A stretch of 64,000 bases of DNA from NCBI RefSeq assembly GCF_048593235.1, contig NC_133617.1, positions 476,264,958 to 476,328,957 on the forward strand. The letters are read 5' to 3'. Origin of the DNA: Sminthopsis crassicaudata (Eukaryota). The notes beneath the pieces were generated by a model. That model had not been told where the DNA came from, ran no database searches, and worked only from the letters and a program-made list of their open reading frames with translations. Both the position numbers and the translations under genes were made by a program. Below, in pieces: positions 11,611 to 23,876 of the stretch. How positions within the stretch are numbered: position 1 is the first letter of the stretch; every line of letters starts with the position of its first letter.

Positions 11611-11772
11611 GTGCATCCAAGCTTCGTTGTGAGCGGCTATATGTGAATGTACCAGATGTGATTCCTGCTAGGGCTGGCCCTAGCAAAATGATGCCATCGA
11701 GACATTTTGTCTTTGATAGCAACAATCTTCCATCTATGAACTCTTTCTTTTCCAGAGAAATGCTGGACAAAG
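11611..11772 (+). CDS. Candidate internal coding exon of an unidentified host gene: (G)ASKLRCERLYVNVPDVIPARAGPSKMMPSRHFVFDSNNLPSMNSFFSREMLDK
   Basis: Acceptor cttttgtttgcag|G and donor AAAG|gtatga; 162 nt, phase 1-1 symmetric; only one open frame on the + strand; non-repetitive sequence retaining CpGs. Protein not recognised. Confidence 0.45.
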
Positions 11773-12739
11773 GTATGAAGTCTAGTTTCTGATACATGAT
11801 GCTGGTGGCAGTGGGCAGGGAACAGCAATTAAGTGGGGCAACCAAGTCCAAGAATACTCTCTACTGGGAAACCAGAGAACCTTTAACTACTCTCCCCCTA
11901 CATGTATCCTCTTCCCTTCAGACTCAAGATTCAGACAGAGACCCCCTAAATACCTATGCTTTCCTGAAAGACCCTTGGGTAAGACTTGGACTCAAAAACT
12001 GTTTATTTTTTATACCTTTAGGCAAGTCACTTATCAACTCTGAGATTCCACATCTGTACAATGAGAAGGCCAGAATAAGTGATCTCTAAGAGACCTTTCC
12101 TCTAAATCTGATGTCCTCTCACTCAGAGTTGGATCATAGTTTCCGACCCAATACTAAGTCTTATCACCTTTCCGACTTATCTGATCTTGACTCAGCCTGC
12201 TGACCACACCTTTGGTCCAGTCCCACCCCTCTGCCTGGAGCTGGCTACAGTCAAGTAGGCAAGAACTCAGTCTTGCCTTGTCCTGTCTTGAACCTGACCT
12301 ACCCTTGGCCTTCACTCAGTCTCCCTTGGCTTTGATCTCTGGCCACCGTCTTAACAACTACCAAGCCCTGCAATTACTGGCCACCACCAACTTTTACCTC
12401 TGCCCCTCTACCAACACCACCCAGAGGTCTGCCCTACCTACCATGACACATTCCAGCCACCACCCAGAAAACAAAAAGAGATTTTCCTTCTGGAAGCTAA
12501 GGCCTTTGGAACACAGTCCAGCTCCCTTAGTCTCTTTAAATGTTCAGGTAAACAGGGATGACTGAATTACCACAGAAACTGGCTCATGAGGTGAAGTACT
12601 TTACCTTAGAAGGAAGAATAGATAAAACCACTATATGACCTCTGTTTGGTAGGGCAAATGCAAGTATACCATGTAGTTAGTGTCCAACTCTCTCCAAATT
12701 AACTGTTAACCTTGTAGGATTTCCCCCCAAAATTTTCAT

Positions 12740-12950
12740 TCTTTCTCTATTTCTCTATCTGCCTCTCTGTCTTTCTCTGTACCTTTGGGTGTTTTTATTG
12801 GACTGCCTGTCTGTCTTGCATTTATCTCTATCTTTGTCTCTTTATCTCTGTCTCTCTTTATCATTGTCTGTCTCCATCTCTGCCTCTCTCTGTTCATCCA
12901 TAGATCTATTTCTATCTCTTTCTATTTCTCTCTGTTTCTGTATCTCTTTC
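12740..12950. repeat. Decayed (TC)-rich low-complexity tract
   Basis: tctc/tctg/tcta-rich pyrimidine run. Confidence 0.85.
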
Positions 12951-13183
12951 ACATAATTTCTGTGCCTCAGTTTTTTTTTTTAATCTGTAAAAATAATAGC
13001 ACCTATCTCACAGGGTTGTTATGAAGATCAAACAAGTTTATAATATGTATACAGTGCTTTGCAAGTCTTAAGACTATCTACATGCTAAATAAATGAAAGG
13101 TGCTTTAGTATAATATACCTATATTCTATGTCAATAGTTTTCCATTCTATAAGCACATTTCTTTTTTTGTTATTTCCTTAAAT

Positions 13184-13413
13184 CAATGATTTTTAATCTT
13201 TTTGTGTCATGAACACCCTTTGGCAGAGAGATGAAGTCTGTGAATCCTTTCTCAGAATAACACTTTTAAACATGTAAAATAAAATTCATAGGATTACAAA
13301 GTAAACCGATTATGTTGAAATAAAGATAAAGCATTTCTTCATCTAAGCTCACAGATCCCCTGAAATTTATCCACAGACCCCTTGGAGGTTTGTGGACCTC
13401 CAGTAAAGAATAT
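13184..13413 (+). mobile_element. hAT-Charlie family DNA transposon relic
   Basis: ttttgtgtcatg...ttctcagaataa...aaaattcataggattacaaag...aaaccgattatgttgaaa; second copy at 37312-37505. Confidence 0.7.
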
Positions 13414-13914
13414 GATGGTGAAGCCCTTGTGACGAAAGACCCAATTCCTATCTCCAGATAAACTGAGGGGAATAAAAGAAGCATCCAAATGGGACTAGGC
13501 AAGGATTGGTGGCAGTGGTGGAAAGAGGCACAGAAGGGGCCCCACCTCCAGGCTGTAAAGTAAAGGTCACGTATAGAGTAGAGAAGGAAAAAGAAAACAC
13601 CAGGTGGGATTGGATCTGATTCATCTCCTTCCTGCCTGGGGTCCTGTTTACTCATAGGACACACACAAGGAAAAAAATAAATAGCATAAGCTAACATAGA
13701 AGTGCCAGGTAAACAGTGCTGAAAGACCTTAAAAAAGCCTTCACCAAGAGGCTGGGTTTCCCATGCCCTCAAATCCTCTTGAATTTACCTTCCTCATTTT
13801 CCTTCCAGTCCAGGTCTGTGCTGTCTCCAGCAATTCTCTTTAATTAGTTCGGTTACTTTAATTGATCAGCTCAAAGAAATAGAAATATACATTAGGATCC
13901 TTCAATATGAGAAT

Positions 13915-14120
13915 GATGGCAGCTAAGTCACAGTGAATGGAGTTGTCAGATTTGGAACCAGGAAGACATGAGTTCAAATACTGCCTCAAACACTTAAGTT
14001 ATATATCTCTGGACCAGTCACGTAACCCCTTTCTGCCTTAGTTTTCTCATTTACAAAATGGGGATAATAACCTACCTTAAAAGGATAGAATATGGAAAGA
14101 ACTTCACAAACCTTAACTCA
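13915..14120 (+). mobile_element. MIR (CORE-SINE)
   Basis: ggaaccaggaagacatgagttcaaatactgcctca...cagtttctcatttacaaaatgggataataa. Confidence 0.75.
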
Positions 14121-15059
14121 AATGAATTGAAAGAAATTATTATTTTATTATATTAATAACCCATATTAATTAGGATGCAGATTTTTCATTTCCTCATTTA
14201 GGCACTAGATTCTGTAGAAGGTTAGTCAGTCTCTGAAGCACATGACTATTTAATGAGATGCCTTTGATCTTTTGTGCTCCTTTATCTTGGATAGGGGCCC
14301 ATCCATCCAGGAGATCTTATTTCTATTTAGAGCGGAATGTAAACAGAATCCAGTCTTAGTGAGCTACTGTCCTTCTAACCCTCCTTTAGAATTTAGGGTG
14401 ACTCACTTCACGAAGGAAAAAAATCAGAATGGTCTGAGTGGAGATGGAGTTCCCTTGCAGATTGCTGGAGGTGTCTGAGCCTCATGATCAAACTGCATCC
14501 TCAGCCAGAGCTGAAAACCACTTCCTCATTAAATGTATATCAATCAAGGTTGATTCTCACTTGTCAGGGGCACTCCTTTTCCAAAAGTATATTAAAATTT
14601 TCAGCCTCTCCACGGTTTCTCTGTAGTTTTCCAAGAGAAATCGCTAACCATCAATTTATTATTAGCTAGCCTAATTAGTTAATCTCTCAACATTTTTCAT
14701 TCATCACAGAATTCTAGTTACTATCAACTATCATGAAAGAGGAATTGGAATGTTTAGATAATACATGATCCCTAACATTATAGGATATATAGTCCAGTAG
14801 ATAGACAGAGAAAATAACTATGGTATAATAAAAAGATACACACAAGAGAATTATAAACATAAGTCATTGTTCTGGGAGGTCCAAGGTGGGAGGGCCTCTG
14901 TGCTCCTTCTAAACAACTTAGCCTAAAGATGTGGGAGAAGAAAAGATAAAAACAGCCATGAATCATTGTGAACCTACATAGAGTTGAAAGCAGAGTCCTG
15001 CTTATGAATTTCAAGGAGAAAATATTCCCATAACTCCCAAGAGACTCTTATGTGAGGAG

Positions 15060-15430
15060 AGACTGTGTAAAAGAACGCTTAGAAATATTGGAGGTGGCCA
15101 AACCATATTGGAAAGCAATTTGGAATTATGCTAAGAGAATGACGAAAATGTCCATATCCTTTGACCCAACAGAGACTCCACTGCTAGGCATATATCCAAA
15201 GAAGTCAAAGCCAGAATGAAAAGCTCATATACACACCAAACTATCCATGGCAATATTTGGGGGATAGAAAAGAACAAGAAACAAAAGCTGATGTCCATCT
15301 ACTGGAGAAAGGCTAATTTTTTTTCCTCCTTTTCTCCTAATTTTTTGTCATTAGGAACAGTTTTCTGAATAGTATAGGAATGTATCCAGAAAGATGATGT
15401 TATAAAAACCAAAGACATCAATAAAGTCAA
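15060..15430 (+). mobile_element. Old L1 ORF2-end fragment
   Basis: ccatattggaaagcaatttggaattatgc...cctttgaccca...ccactgctaggcatatatcc: the L1 ORF2 C-terminal region, degenerate. Confidence 0.7.
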
Positions 15431-17444
15431 ATAATAAGAGGTATATTTCTGACTTATAAGCACACTTTAAAAGTTCTTCTAGGTAGAAAGCCCCAGGAAA
15501 GTGGGCAAGCACTATCTCCTGGGAGTTAAAGAGAAAAATCTAAACTATGGACCAACTGCGGACATGTCCTATAGGAAGAGGGAAGCAAAAACTGAAGGAA
15601 ATAATTACTGCACAGATATATAAATGAAAAGACCTCAAAGAGCAATGCAAACATAGGAGTAAACCCATATCCAAACACCAACTAAAGCCTTTCCTATTTG
15701 GAATAGTACCACAAATCACTTAGATCTGTACAATATATCCTAAGTGATTGAGACCCCTCAGATCCCTGAGGAGAGAGGTAACATTACTCATAGAATTAGA
15801 TAGAAGGACTATTCCATTGACTTAAAATGAAACTACAATATTTTGAGTCTTGTGTGTCCATAAAGAAAGCCTTTGGTGTGAGTGAAAAATGCAAGGAACT
15901 GTCAGTGCTGAAGACAACAGATCATTTAGGTTCAAGTAACTGAGCCAGAGAAGTGAGAATTACCCCCACATATTCTCTCTACAGATGGATCCTTTGATCT
16001 AAGGTCTACCACACACAAATGAGTTATTTTTTCTAATTCAGCACCCCCCAAAAGCATTTATTAGATAAGAGGCACTCTGCTGGGTGCTGGGGAAGCAAAG
16101 ATGAAAAACAATTTAAATATTACCTACCTGCCTTCATGGAACTTACCATTCTATAGTGAAAAGGGACAGACCTCTAATAATAATCTAATTGGAGGCAAAA
16201 GAGCTTTTCTTACTGGCTAAAACACAAAAGTGAATAGGATTGCTTTAAAGAATGATGTAGTCATTGTAATCATCAGTCTGATCAGATTTCCAAAGGCAAG
16301 TACATTTTCATGATGCCAGTAGCTTGTGACTTCACAAAATAATCATAAAAAGCTGTTTCTGAGAACAGTGGATTGTTACCCCAACATTCTTCACAAGTTT
16401 TGAAAACAAAGAAAAAGCCTCATAAACCCTGGAAGACCAGCTGGGTCTAAAATGCCTCAGGTCAAGTGTACACCACTTTTTATAGGCTGTCTGAGTTCAG
16501 AGTATCAAATTTAGTCTCCCCCCAAACTTCACCACCCTCCATATTTGGAAAGACTCATATTTCTTGTCCAAGCATCTGATAGTTCTTGGCTTAACATTGT
16601 AGGGGAGTAGCAATGAGGGGTGGGTGTTTGGAGATTCTTTTCAATTCTATATAATAATTCCAATTGCAGTCAGAGCTGGCTACTTCTATGGGTACCGTGT
16701 CTTCAGAGGGGTTTAACTATACTGAGAATTTCTGTCCTGACACTGTACCCTAAACTCTAACTAGTAACCCCACAAAGGTGTCATGTTGGATACAAAAAAA
16801 AATGCCTGAGATTTGGATGATGACTACTTGTCAAACTTTCAGCAAAGGGAATACAAACTTAAGGGAAGGATTGGACTAAATGACCTCTAAGACCCCTTCT
16901 ATGGCTAAAACGAAGTAGATGGGATAATACTCTCTCTCTTTCATCTCTTCTTCTCCTGTTTTTTGCTCTTCTTTTCTCTCTCCTTTCTCCTCCCCTTTCC
17001 TCCCTCTCTCCCTTAAAAAGGTAACAAACAAAATCTGAAGAAATGAGGCCTTCCTTCCCCAAAACAGCAGCTGCCGAATTTTCCCCAAATCTGGCCTGAG
17101 GAACAATCTTGAAAATTTCTTACTTCAGAAGTTTCTTTGGGGTGGTTTAGATTTTGCCAACACTGAAAAAAAAAAGGACTTAGGTTCTCTGGGCATTATT
17201 GTTTTTGCAAAACATTTGGAGACTTGAGTATAAATGAATCTAAAACACATGAGTTAAATTTGCCTTGAAATGCAGATGAATTAAAGAGAGGAGCTTGAAG
17301 GCAAAATGTGCTTGGGGTTTTCCAACTCCTGACACTTAAGTAGACTGAAATCTTTGCCCCAGAATTCTAAACAGTTGCCTCCCTCCCAGGGGAAAAAGTA
17401 TTAGGATGAAAATGGTGCTGCTGTTTCTCACCTCTCTCTAAAGC

Positions 17445-17625
17445 AGCACTGTCAGATTAAAATAGAAACAGATCCACTCTGCCCACATATTGACTTAGAA
17501 AACCACAAATTAACATTATCTATGTTATATTGTTTTTATTTTGTTAAACATTTCTCAGTTACATTTTAATCTGATTCAGGCTATATTTGGGAGTTTGATG
17601 GGCTGCAGCTCTTAGTGTGATATCT
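17445..17625 (+). mobile_element. Non-autonomous DNA transposon (hAT-like, marsupial)
   Basis: cagcactgtcagattaaaatagaaac...ttagaaaaccacaaattaacattatctatgtt...ttacattttaatctg; second copy at 39125-39310. Confidence 0.65.
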
Positions 17626-17934
17626 CCAAGGAAAGAAGGGAAGGAGGAAGGGAGGAAGGGAGGGGAGAAGAAAAAGAGGGAAGAAGGGAGAGAGGAAAGG
17701 AGACAGGATTTATTAAGTACCACGATGTGTCAGGCACCATGAAGAGTAATCTCATTTGATCTTCCCAACAATTCTGGGAGATAGGTACTATTAAGAGCTG
17801 GTTCTTCACAGGGTGCCTTTTTGGTATAAACAGCCAAGCTTTTGGAGTCAGATAATCTGAATTCCATTCCTTTCTTCACTCTTAAACTCTCTCCTCCTTC
17901 ATATTTCTTCATTTCTCTTAAGGACCTGCCAGAC

Positions 17935-18150
17935 TGTTAAGAGCCCAGGTCCATCACTATAGAGTCATCCATTGATCCTCTTTCTTCTCCCTTCTCTTCA
18001 ACATTCTGTCCATTCCCCAGCCTGGTTGATTCTAGCTCTATAACATCCTTGAACTCTATCTTCTCTTCACTCACACCAGCCCCTCTACCCAAGCTGCTGA
18101 AGTATCTTCCCAATTGACCTTCCTGCTCCCACTCATTCCCCATTTCAATT
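17935..18150 (+). mobile_element. L2 LINE fragment
   Basis: Pyrimidine-rich degenerate L2 body (cctggttgattctagctctataacatccttg). Confidence 0.55.
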
Positions 18151-18324
18151 AGTCTTCCACACAACTGCTCATGTTGGAACCAAGCTCATATTGATCACTT
18201 AACATACTTGACTTGATTTAACTATGATTCTCTGAACTCCCTTTCAGAATCTGTCTTTTTTTTTTGAGGTTCAACCAAAGAACAATTTCTTCCAAGAAGC
18301 CTTATCAGACTCTTAGAAGGTAAA

Positions 18325-18560
18325 GATGGCACAGTGTGTTACAGCATTAAAACTGGATTCAGGAAGACCCAGGTTCAAAGCTAGTCTCAAACACTAACTG
18401 TATGACCCTGGGCAAGCCATTTAACTTCTGCCTGCCTCAGTTTCCTAGTCTATAAAATGGGAATGATAATAGTACCTACCTCCCAGGGATGCTGTGATAA
18501 CAAATGCAATAATGATAATATATAATAAATATTTAATAAATGTTTGTTTCCTTTCCTTCT
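18325..18560 (+). mobile_element. MIR (CORE-SINE)
   Basis: caggaagacccaggttcaaa...gtatgaccctgggcaagccatttaac...cctcagtttcc...taaaatgggaatgataatagtacctacctccc. Confidence 0.85.
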
Positions 18561-18753
18561 GCCCATCACTCATGCACTCTTTTGCCTTACTTTTTCTATT
18601 ATTATTTGATATAAGATCTTCAAGAATAGACTTCATATTATTGTTGTGTTGTATCCCCTGAGTTTCTCACAGGGACTTGCAGCATCTAAGTTATACATCT
18701 AGGTTAGAGTACCAGGTCTGGAGTCAGGAAGACCTGAGTTCAAATCCAGTCTT

Positions 18754-19875
18754 TTTTTTTTTTATTTAGAATTTTTTTCCACAGTATATATGCATGAGTA
18801 ATTTTTTTATAATATTATCCCTTGTATTCATTTTTCCAAATTATCCCCTCCCTCCACTCCCTCCCCCCGATGACAGGCAATCCCATACATTTTACATGTG
18901 TTACAATATAACCCAGATACAATATATGTGTGTAAATACCATTTTCTTGTTGCACATTAAGTATTAGATTCCGAAGGTATAAGTAACCTGGGCAGATAGA
19001 CAGTAGTGCTAACAATTTACATCCCACATCTGGGTGTAGTTATTTCTGTCCATCATTGATCAACTGGAAGTGAGTTGGATCTTCTTTATGTTGAAGATTT
19101 CCACTTCCATCAGAATACATCCTCATACAGTATTGAAGTGTACAGTGATCTTCTGGTTCTGTTCTTTTCACTCAGCATCAGCTCATGTAAGTCTCTCCAA
19201 GCCTCTCTGTATTCCTGCTGCTGGTCATTTCTTACAGAGCAATGATATTCCATAACATTCATATACCATAATTTACCCAACCATTCTCCAATTGATGGAC
19301 ATCCATTCATTTTCCAGTTTCTAGCCACTACGAAAAGAGCTGCCACAAACATTTTGGCACATACAGGTCCCTTTCCACTCTTTAGTATTTCTTTGGGATA
19401 TAAGCCCAATAACAGCAATGCTGGGTCAAAGAGTATGCACAGTTTAATAACTTTTGGGGCATAATTCCAAATTGCTCTCCAGAATGGCTGGATTCTTTCA
19501 CAACTCCACCAGCAATGTATTAGTGTCCCAGTTTTCCCACATCCCCTCCAACATTCATCATTATTTGTTCCTGTCATCTTAGCCAATCTGACAGGTGTGT
19601 AGTGGTATCTCAGAGTGGTCTTAATTTGCATTTCTCTGATCAGTAGTGATTTGGAACACTCTTTCATATGAGTGGATATAGTTTCAATTTCATCATCTGA
19701 GAATTGTCTGTTCATATCCTTTGACCATTTATCAATTGGAGAATGGTTTGATTTCTTATAAATTAGGGTCAGTTCTCTATATATTTTGGAAATGAAACTT
19801 TTGTCAGAACCTTTAACTTTAAAAATATTTTCCCAATTTGTTACTTCCCTTCTAATCTTGTTTGCATTAGTATTA
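18754..19875 (-). mobile_element. Young 5'-truncated L1 with perfect 14-bp TSD
   Basis: tcaaatccagtctt at 18740-18753 and 19876-19889; poly(T) tail on +; ORF2 C-terminus still open. Confidence 0.97.
19110..19875 (-). pseudogene. L1 ORF2 C-terminal remnant including the CCHC zinc knuckle
   Basis: The 261-aa ORF contains QIKTTLRYHYTPVRLA and CWRGCGKTGTLIHCWWSC, hallmarks of L1 ORF2p. Its N-terminal few residues come from flank. Confidence 0.95.
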
Positions 19876-19937
19876 TCAAATCCAGTCTTAAACAATTTCT
19901 ATCTGTGTGACAGTGACAGCTCACTTCACCTCTGAGT

Positions 19938-20111
19938 ATTATTATTATTATTATTATTATAGCTTTTTATTTACCACATATATGCATTGGTAATTTTTCA
20001 GCATTGACAATTGCAAAACCTTTTGTTTCAATTTTCCCCCTCATTCCCCCCCCCCCTCCTCCAGATGGCAGGTTGACCAATACATGTTAAATATGTTAAA
20101 GTATAAGTTAA

Positions 20112-20180
<69 letters not shown>

Positions 20181-20772
20181 GTCCATACAGTTATTTTGCT
20201 GTACAAAAAGAATCAGACTTTGAAATAGTGTACAATTAACCTGTGAAGGAAATCCAAAATTCAGGTGGACCAAAATAGAGGGATTGGGAATTCTATGTAC
20301 TGGTTCATAGTCATCTCCCAGAGTTCCTTCACTGGGTGTAGCTACTTCTATTCTATTGGAACAGATTTGGTTCATCTCATTGTTGAAGAGGGTCACGTAC
20401 ATCAGAATTGATGATCATATAGTATTGCTGTTGAAGTGTACAATAATATCCTGGTCCTGCTCATTTCACTCAGCATCAGTTCATGTAAGTCTCTCCAGGC
20501 CTTTCTGAAATCATCCTGTTGGTCCTTTCTTACAGAACAATAATATTCCATAATATTCATATACCACAACTTATTCAGCCATTCTCCAGCTGATAGGCAT
20601 CCACGTAGTTTCCAGTTTCTGGCCACTACAAACAGGGCTGCCACAAACATTCTTGCACATACAGGTCCCTTTCCCTTCTTTAAGATCTCTTTGGGATATA
20701 AGCCCAGTAGTAACGCTGCTGAATCAAAGAGTATGAACAATTTGATAACTTTTTGAGCACAGTTCCAAATCG
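19938..20772 (-). mobile_element. 5'-truncated L1 (different, older subfamily) with an internal (TA)n expansion
   Basis: The ORF at 20402-20803 is L1 ORF2 C-terminus (ARNWKLRGC...YYCSVRKDQQDDFRKAW); (AAT)n tail; ctctgagt duplicated at 19930-19937 and 20773-20780. Confidence 0.93.
20117..20177. repeat. (TA)n microsatellite inside the L1 3' UTR
   Basis: Perfect run seen directly. Confidence 0.97.
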
Positions 20773-21189
20773 CTCTGAGTTTTCTTAATAGTAGAGATAG
20801 CACCTATCTCCTAGGACTATTGTGAGGATCAAGTGAAATAATTATAAAGAGCTTAGCACAATACCTGGCACTAAGTTCAATATAAATGTTAGCTTTTATT
20901 GCTATTACAAATAGAGCTTGTTGAATTGAAATTAAATTAATTGTAGCAGCCAGAGAATGTCATAGTACTTAGACTTGGAAGAGGCTTTGGGAATCAGCTA
21001 ATACAAGTACTTTATTTCATAATCAAAGCAACTGAGGTACCTAGCAAGATTAAATTAAATGACTTACCCAGGGTGATGTAGACCTTAAATACAAGAGCTT
21101 GGATAAAGTCCCTAGATTTCAAATTCTTGTTGTTTTTCAAATGCTTAGTAACCCTATTTGTTTGTGTTTTTTTGTTTGTTTGTTTGCTT

Positions 21190-21300
21190 TTTTGGCAAAG
21201 ACACTGGAATTATTTGTCATTTCCTTCTCCAGCTCATTTTACAGATGAGGAAACTGAGGCAAACAGGGTTAAGTGACTTACCCAGAATCACATAGCTGTT
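21190..21300 (-). mobile_element. Mar1-type CORE-SINE fragment
   Basis: tttggcaaagacactggaattatttgtcatttccttctccagctcattttacagatgaggaaactgaggcaaacaggg. Confidence 0.8.
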
Positions 21301-21888
21301 GAAAGAAAAAATTCTTCACTTGGATTTTTTAACAGAGCAAAATTCAGTACAAAGAGAATTAAAATGATGGGCTGATCACTGAAGATCAGTAATGGCTTCA
21401 AAGTAGAGACAGCTTTTACAGGAAACTTTAAGGCAATTCAGATGGGTCTACCTTAGCAGAAAAGATTGGGCCCTAGCATCTTAGATCCTCCTCAAGGTAA
21501 TAAGAATGTGACAATTTGTAGATTGGGGTATGTGACCCCAAAACAAAAGCTGCAAGCTTAGTGTCTCAGTCACTACCAGAACCACCCCCAACACTGATTG
21601 ATAAACAAGGTTAGGAACAGGATACTGAGTCACTATAACTTTGAATATATTTAGGCAGTGTCTAAGGCTGGATTTGAATCCTAATTCCAGGGCTAGCGTT
21701 CTATCCACTGGACCACCCATAATCACTACCTGACTCCAAATCTTTGTGGACAATATCTTCTTAACATGGAGACTGCAGATGACCCCTTTTTGAGAAAATC
21801 CAGCCTGGAAAAATCCAAACTTATAAAACAGATTGGTGTGGGGGAATAGGGATAGCAATTATCACCAAAAGAGTTCTTCCCTACTCAC

Positions 21889-21974
21889 AGCAGACCACCT
21901 GTTTGTTTACAGATCATTAGCTTTAAAAGTCTTTTCTCTTCCAGGGGCTGTGGCTGCTCTAATACTTTAACAAC
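21889..21974 (-). CDS. Candidate exon VVKVLEQPQPLEEKRLLKLMICKQTGGL (unidentified)
   Basis: Minus-strand acceptor ctttccccaccttgtctctctaatcag|G and donor CT|gtgagt; 86 nt; a single open frame. No homology recognised. Confidence 0.25.
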
Positions 21975-22153
21975 CTGATTAGAGAGACAAGGTGGGGAAA
22001 GCAATCAGAAGTGATGACAAAGCATCTGGGGAGTGATGGCTGGGGAAATGGATTTTGTCAGCTTGAGCCTTTCAGGATCAGCTGTATTACATAAAGCCAA
22101 GTCAGCCTGGTTGCTGCTGTTTCTCCCTAGAAGAGTTGAATTTTAAGATTATG

Positions 22154-23064
22154 CAGTGATTCTCAAACTTTTTGGTCTCAGAATCCATTCACATTCTTAA
22201 AAATTGAGGACCCCAAAGACCTTTTTTCTAGAGGGTACTTATTCACCAATATTAATCAATTTAAAAATTAAAACATAAAATTTTAAAATATTAAGAAACA
22301 ACAATAAACCTAACATCGGTAGAAACGACATTTTAAAAAATGTAACTATATTACCATTAGATACAAATAGGTATATTTGAAAGAAATAGCAAGTTTTACA
22401 TGGTAGGTTTACAGTTTCATACGCAACTATCTTTTTTATTGTATTATAGTATAGAAATTCTTGTTTTATTCCATAAATTAAAAAGAAAATTTTAAAGAAA
22501 GAAAAAAAGTAACTATGTTTTGATAGAATTCTGAGCTTGAAATCAAGAAGACTTATCTTTCTGAGGTCAAATCCTCAGTCACTTATTAGCTGTGTGACCC
22601 TAGGCAAGTCACTTATTCCTGTTTGACTCAATTTCCTCATCTGTAAAATGAGCTAATAAAGAAAAGACAAATAATTCCATATCTTTGCTAAGAAAACCCC
22701 AAATGGTCAAAGAGTCAGACCTGACTGAAATGACTGAATAACAATAAGGAAGCTATGTTTTACAGAGCAACAATTATGTGGTAAAAAGAGTAGCATTCTT
22801 TTACATATTTTTACAGACCTTTTTAATGTCTGGCCTAATAGAAGACATCTGGATTCTCCTATTTGCTTCTGCATTCAGTTTATTGTGCTATAGTGTTTTG
22901 GTTGAAGTATACGGAGAAAAACTAGTCTCATCTAGATGAGCAGTTGAAAAGAGCAGAATATTTTTAATAGGCAAATATCATCTCAGTATTACTATAAAAA
23001 TAGTTTTAAACTGAAAAGTTTCAGAGGCCTTAGAGATCCACAGACCACACTTTGAGAAGTACTA
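22154..23064 (+). mobile_element. hAT-Charlie family DNA transposon, interrupted by an L1-like tail (about 22330-22500) and a Mar1 SINE
   Basis: Left end cagtgattctcaaac, right end accacactttgagaagtacta (imperfect TIRs); degenerate gattat(a)g TSD. Confidence 0.75.
22520..22745 (+). mobile_element. Mar1-type CORE-SINE
   Basis: CORE plus tail atctttgctaagaaaaccccaaatggtcaaagagtcagacctgactgaaatgactgaa. Confidence 0.85.
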
Positions 23065-23120
23065 GATTATAGAATGAAATTTAGAAGAGACCTCAGAAAT
23101 TATATATCTAACTTTCTCAT

Positions 23121-23876
23121 TTTTTAAATTTTATTTTTTTAATTTTAATTTTTTAGGTTATATAGATACATTAATTTTTACATATTTCCATATGAGTCAT
23201 GTTGGGAGAAAAAAATCAGAACAAAACAATGTGTGTTGATCCACATTCAGTCTCCATAATTCTCTTTCTGGATTCAGATGGTGTTTTCCATCCAAAGTTA
23301 ATTGGGATTGCCTTGGATCACTGAGTTGCTGAAAAGAGCCAAGTCTATCATAGTTGATCATTACACAATCTTTCTGTTGCTGTGTACAATGTTTTTCTGG
23401 TCCTACTTGTTTCACTCAGCATCAGTTCATGTAAATCTTTCCAGGTTTTTCTAAAATAGACAGGCACATTTTTTATAGAATAATAAGATTCCATTACTTT
23501 CATATACCATAACTTATTCAGCTACACTCTGATGCCCTGATAGGCATCTATTCACTTTCCAGTTCTTTGCCTCTACGAAAAGGGCTGCTACAAACGTTTG
23601 CACTTGTGAGTCCTTTTCCCTCTTTTATGATCTTTTTTGAACACAGACCCAGTAAAAACACTGCTGGGTCAAAAGATATATACAGTTTTATAGCCCTTTG
23701 TGCATGGATCTAAATTATTCTCTAGAATGGTTGGATGGGTTCACAATTCCACCAACAATGTATTAATTTCCCAGTTTTCCCACATTCCTTCCAACATTTA
23801 TTATCATCTTTTCCTATAATCTTAGCCAACCTGAGAGGTGGTACCTCAGAGTTTTCTAATCAATAGTGATTTAGAG
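23121..23876 (-). mobile_element. Older 5'-truncated L1
   Basis: Antisense ORF2 end and 3' UTR (cactcagcatcagttcatgtaaatc...catcttttcctataatcttagccaacctg) with stops and indels. Confidence 0.9.

Larger units (their letters stand above)
18710..20890 (+). mobile_element. Host MIR split into three pieces (about 18710-18753, 19876-19937, 20773-20890) by two L1 insertions
   Basis: The pieces join into one continuous MIR: gagtcaggaagacctgagttcaaatccagtct | ...ctgtgtgac...cacttcacctctgag | ...aatagtagagatagcacctatctcctagg. Confidence 0.8.

Noticed and set aside
11611-11660. RCERLYVNV as a Kv-channel T1 domain start (CERVVINISG)
   Set aside because: Similarity ends after a few residues; the following GLRFET-type motif is absent.
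17432-17437. 6-nt AGAGAG microexon (tgctgctttag|AGAGAG|gtgaga, minus) resembling the APBB/Fe65-family microexon
   Set aside because: The flanking PTB exons (VWGVG...; RDFAYVARD...) are not visible in the window, and the upstream TGC motifs come from the terminus of the DNA transposon starting at 17445.
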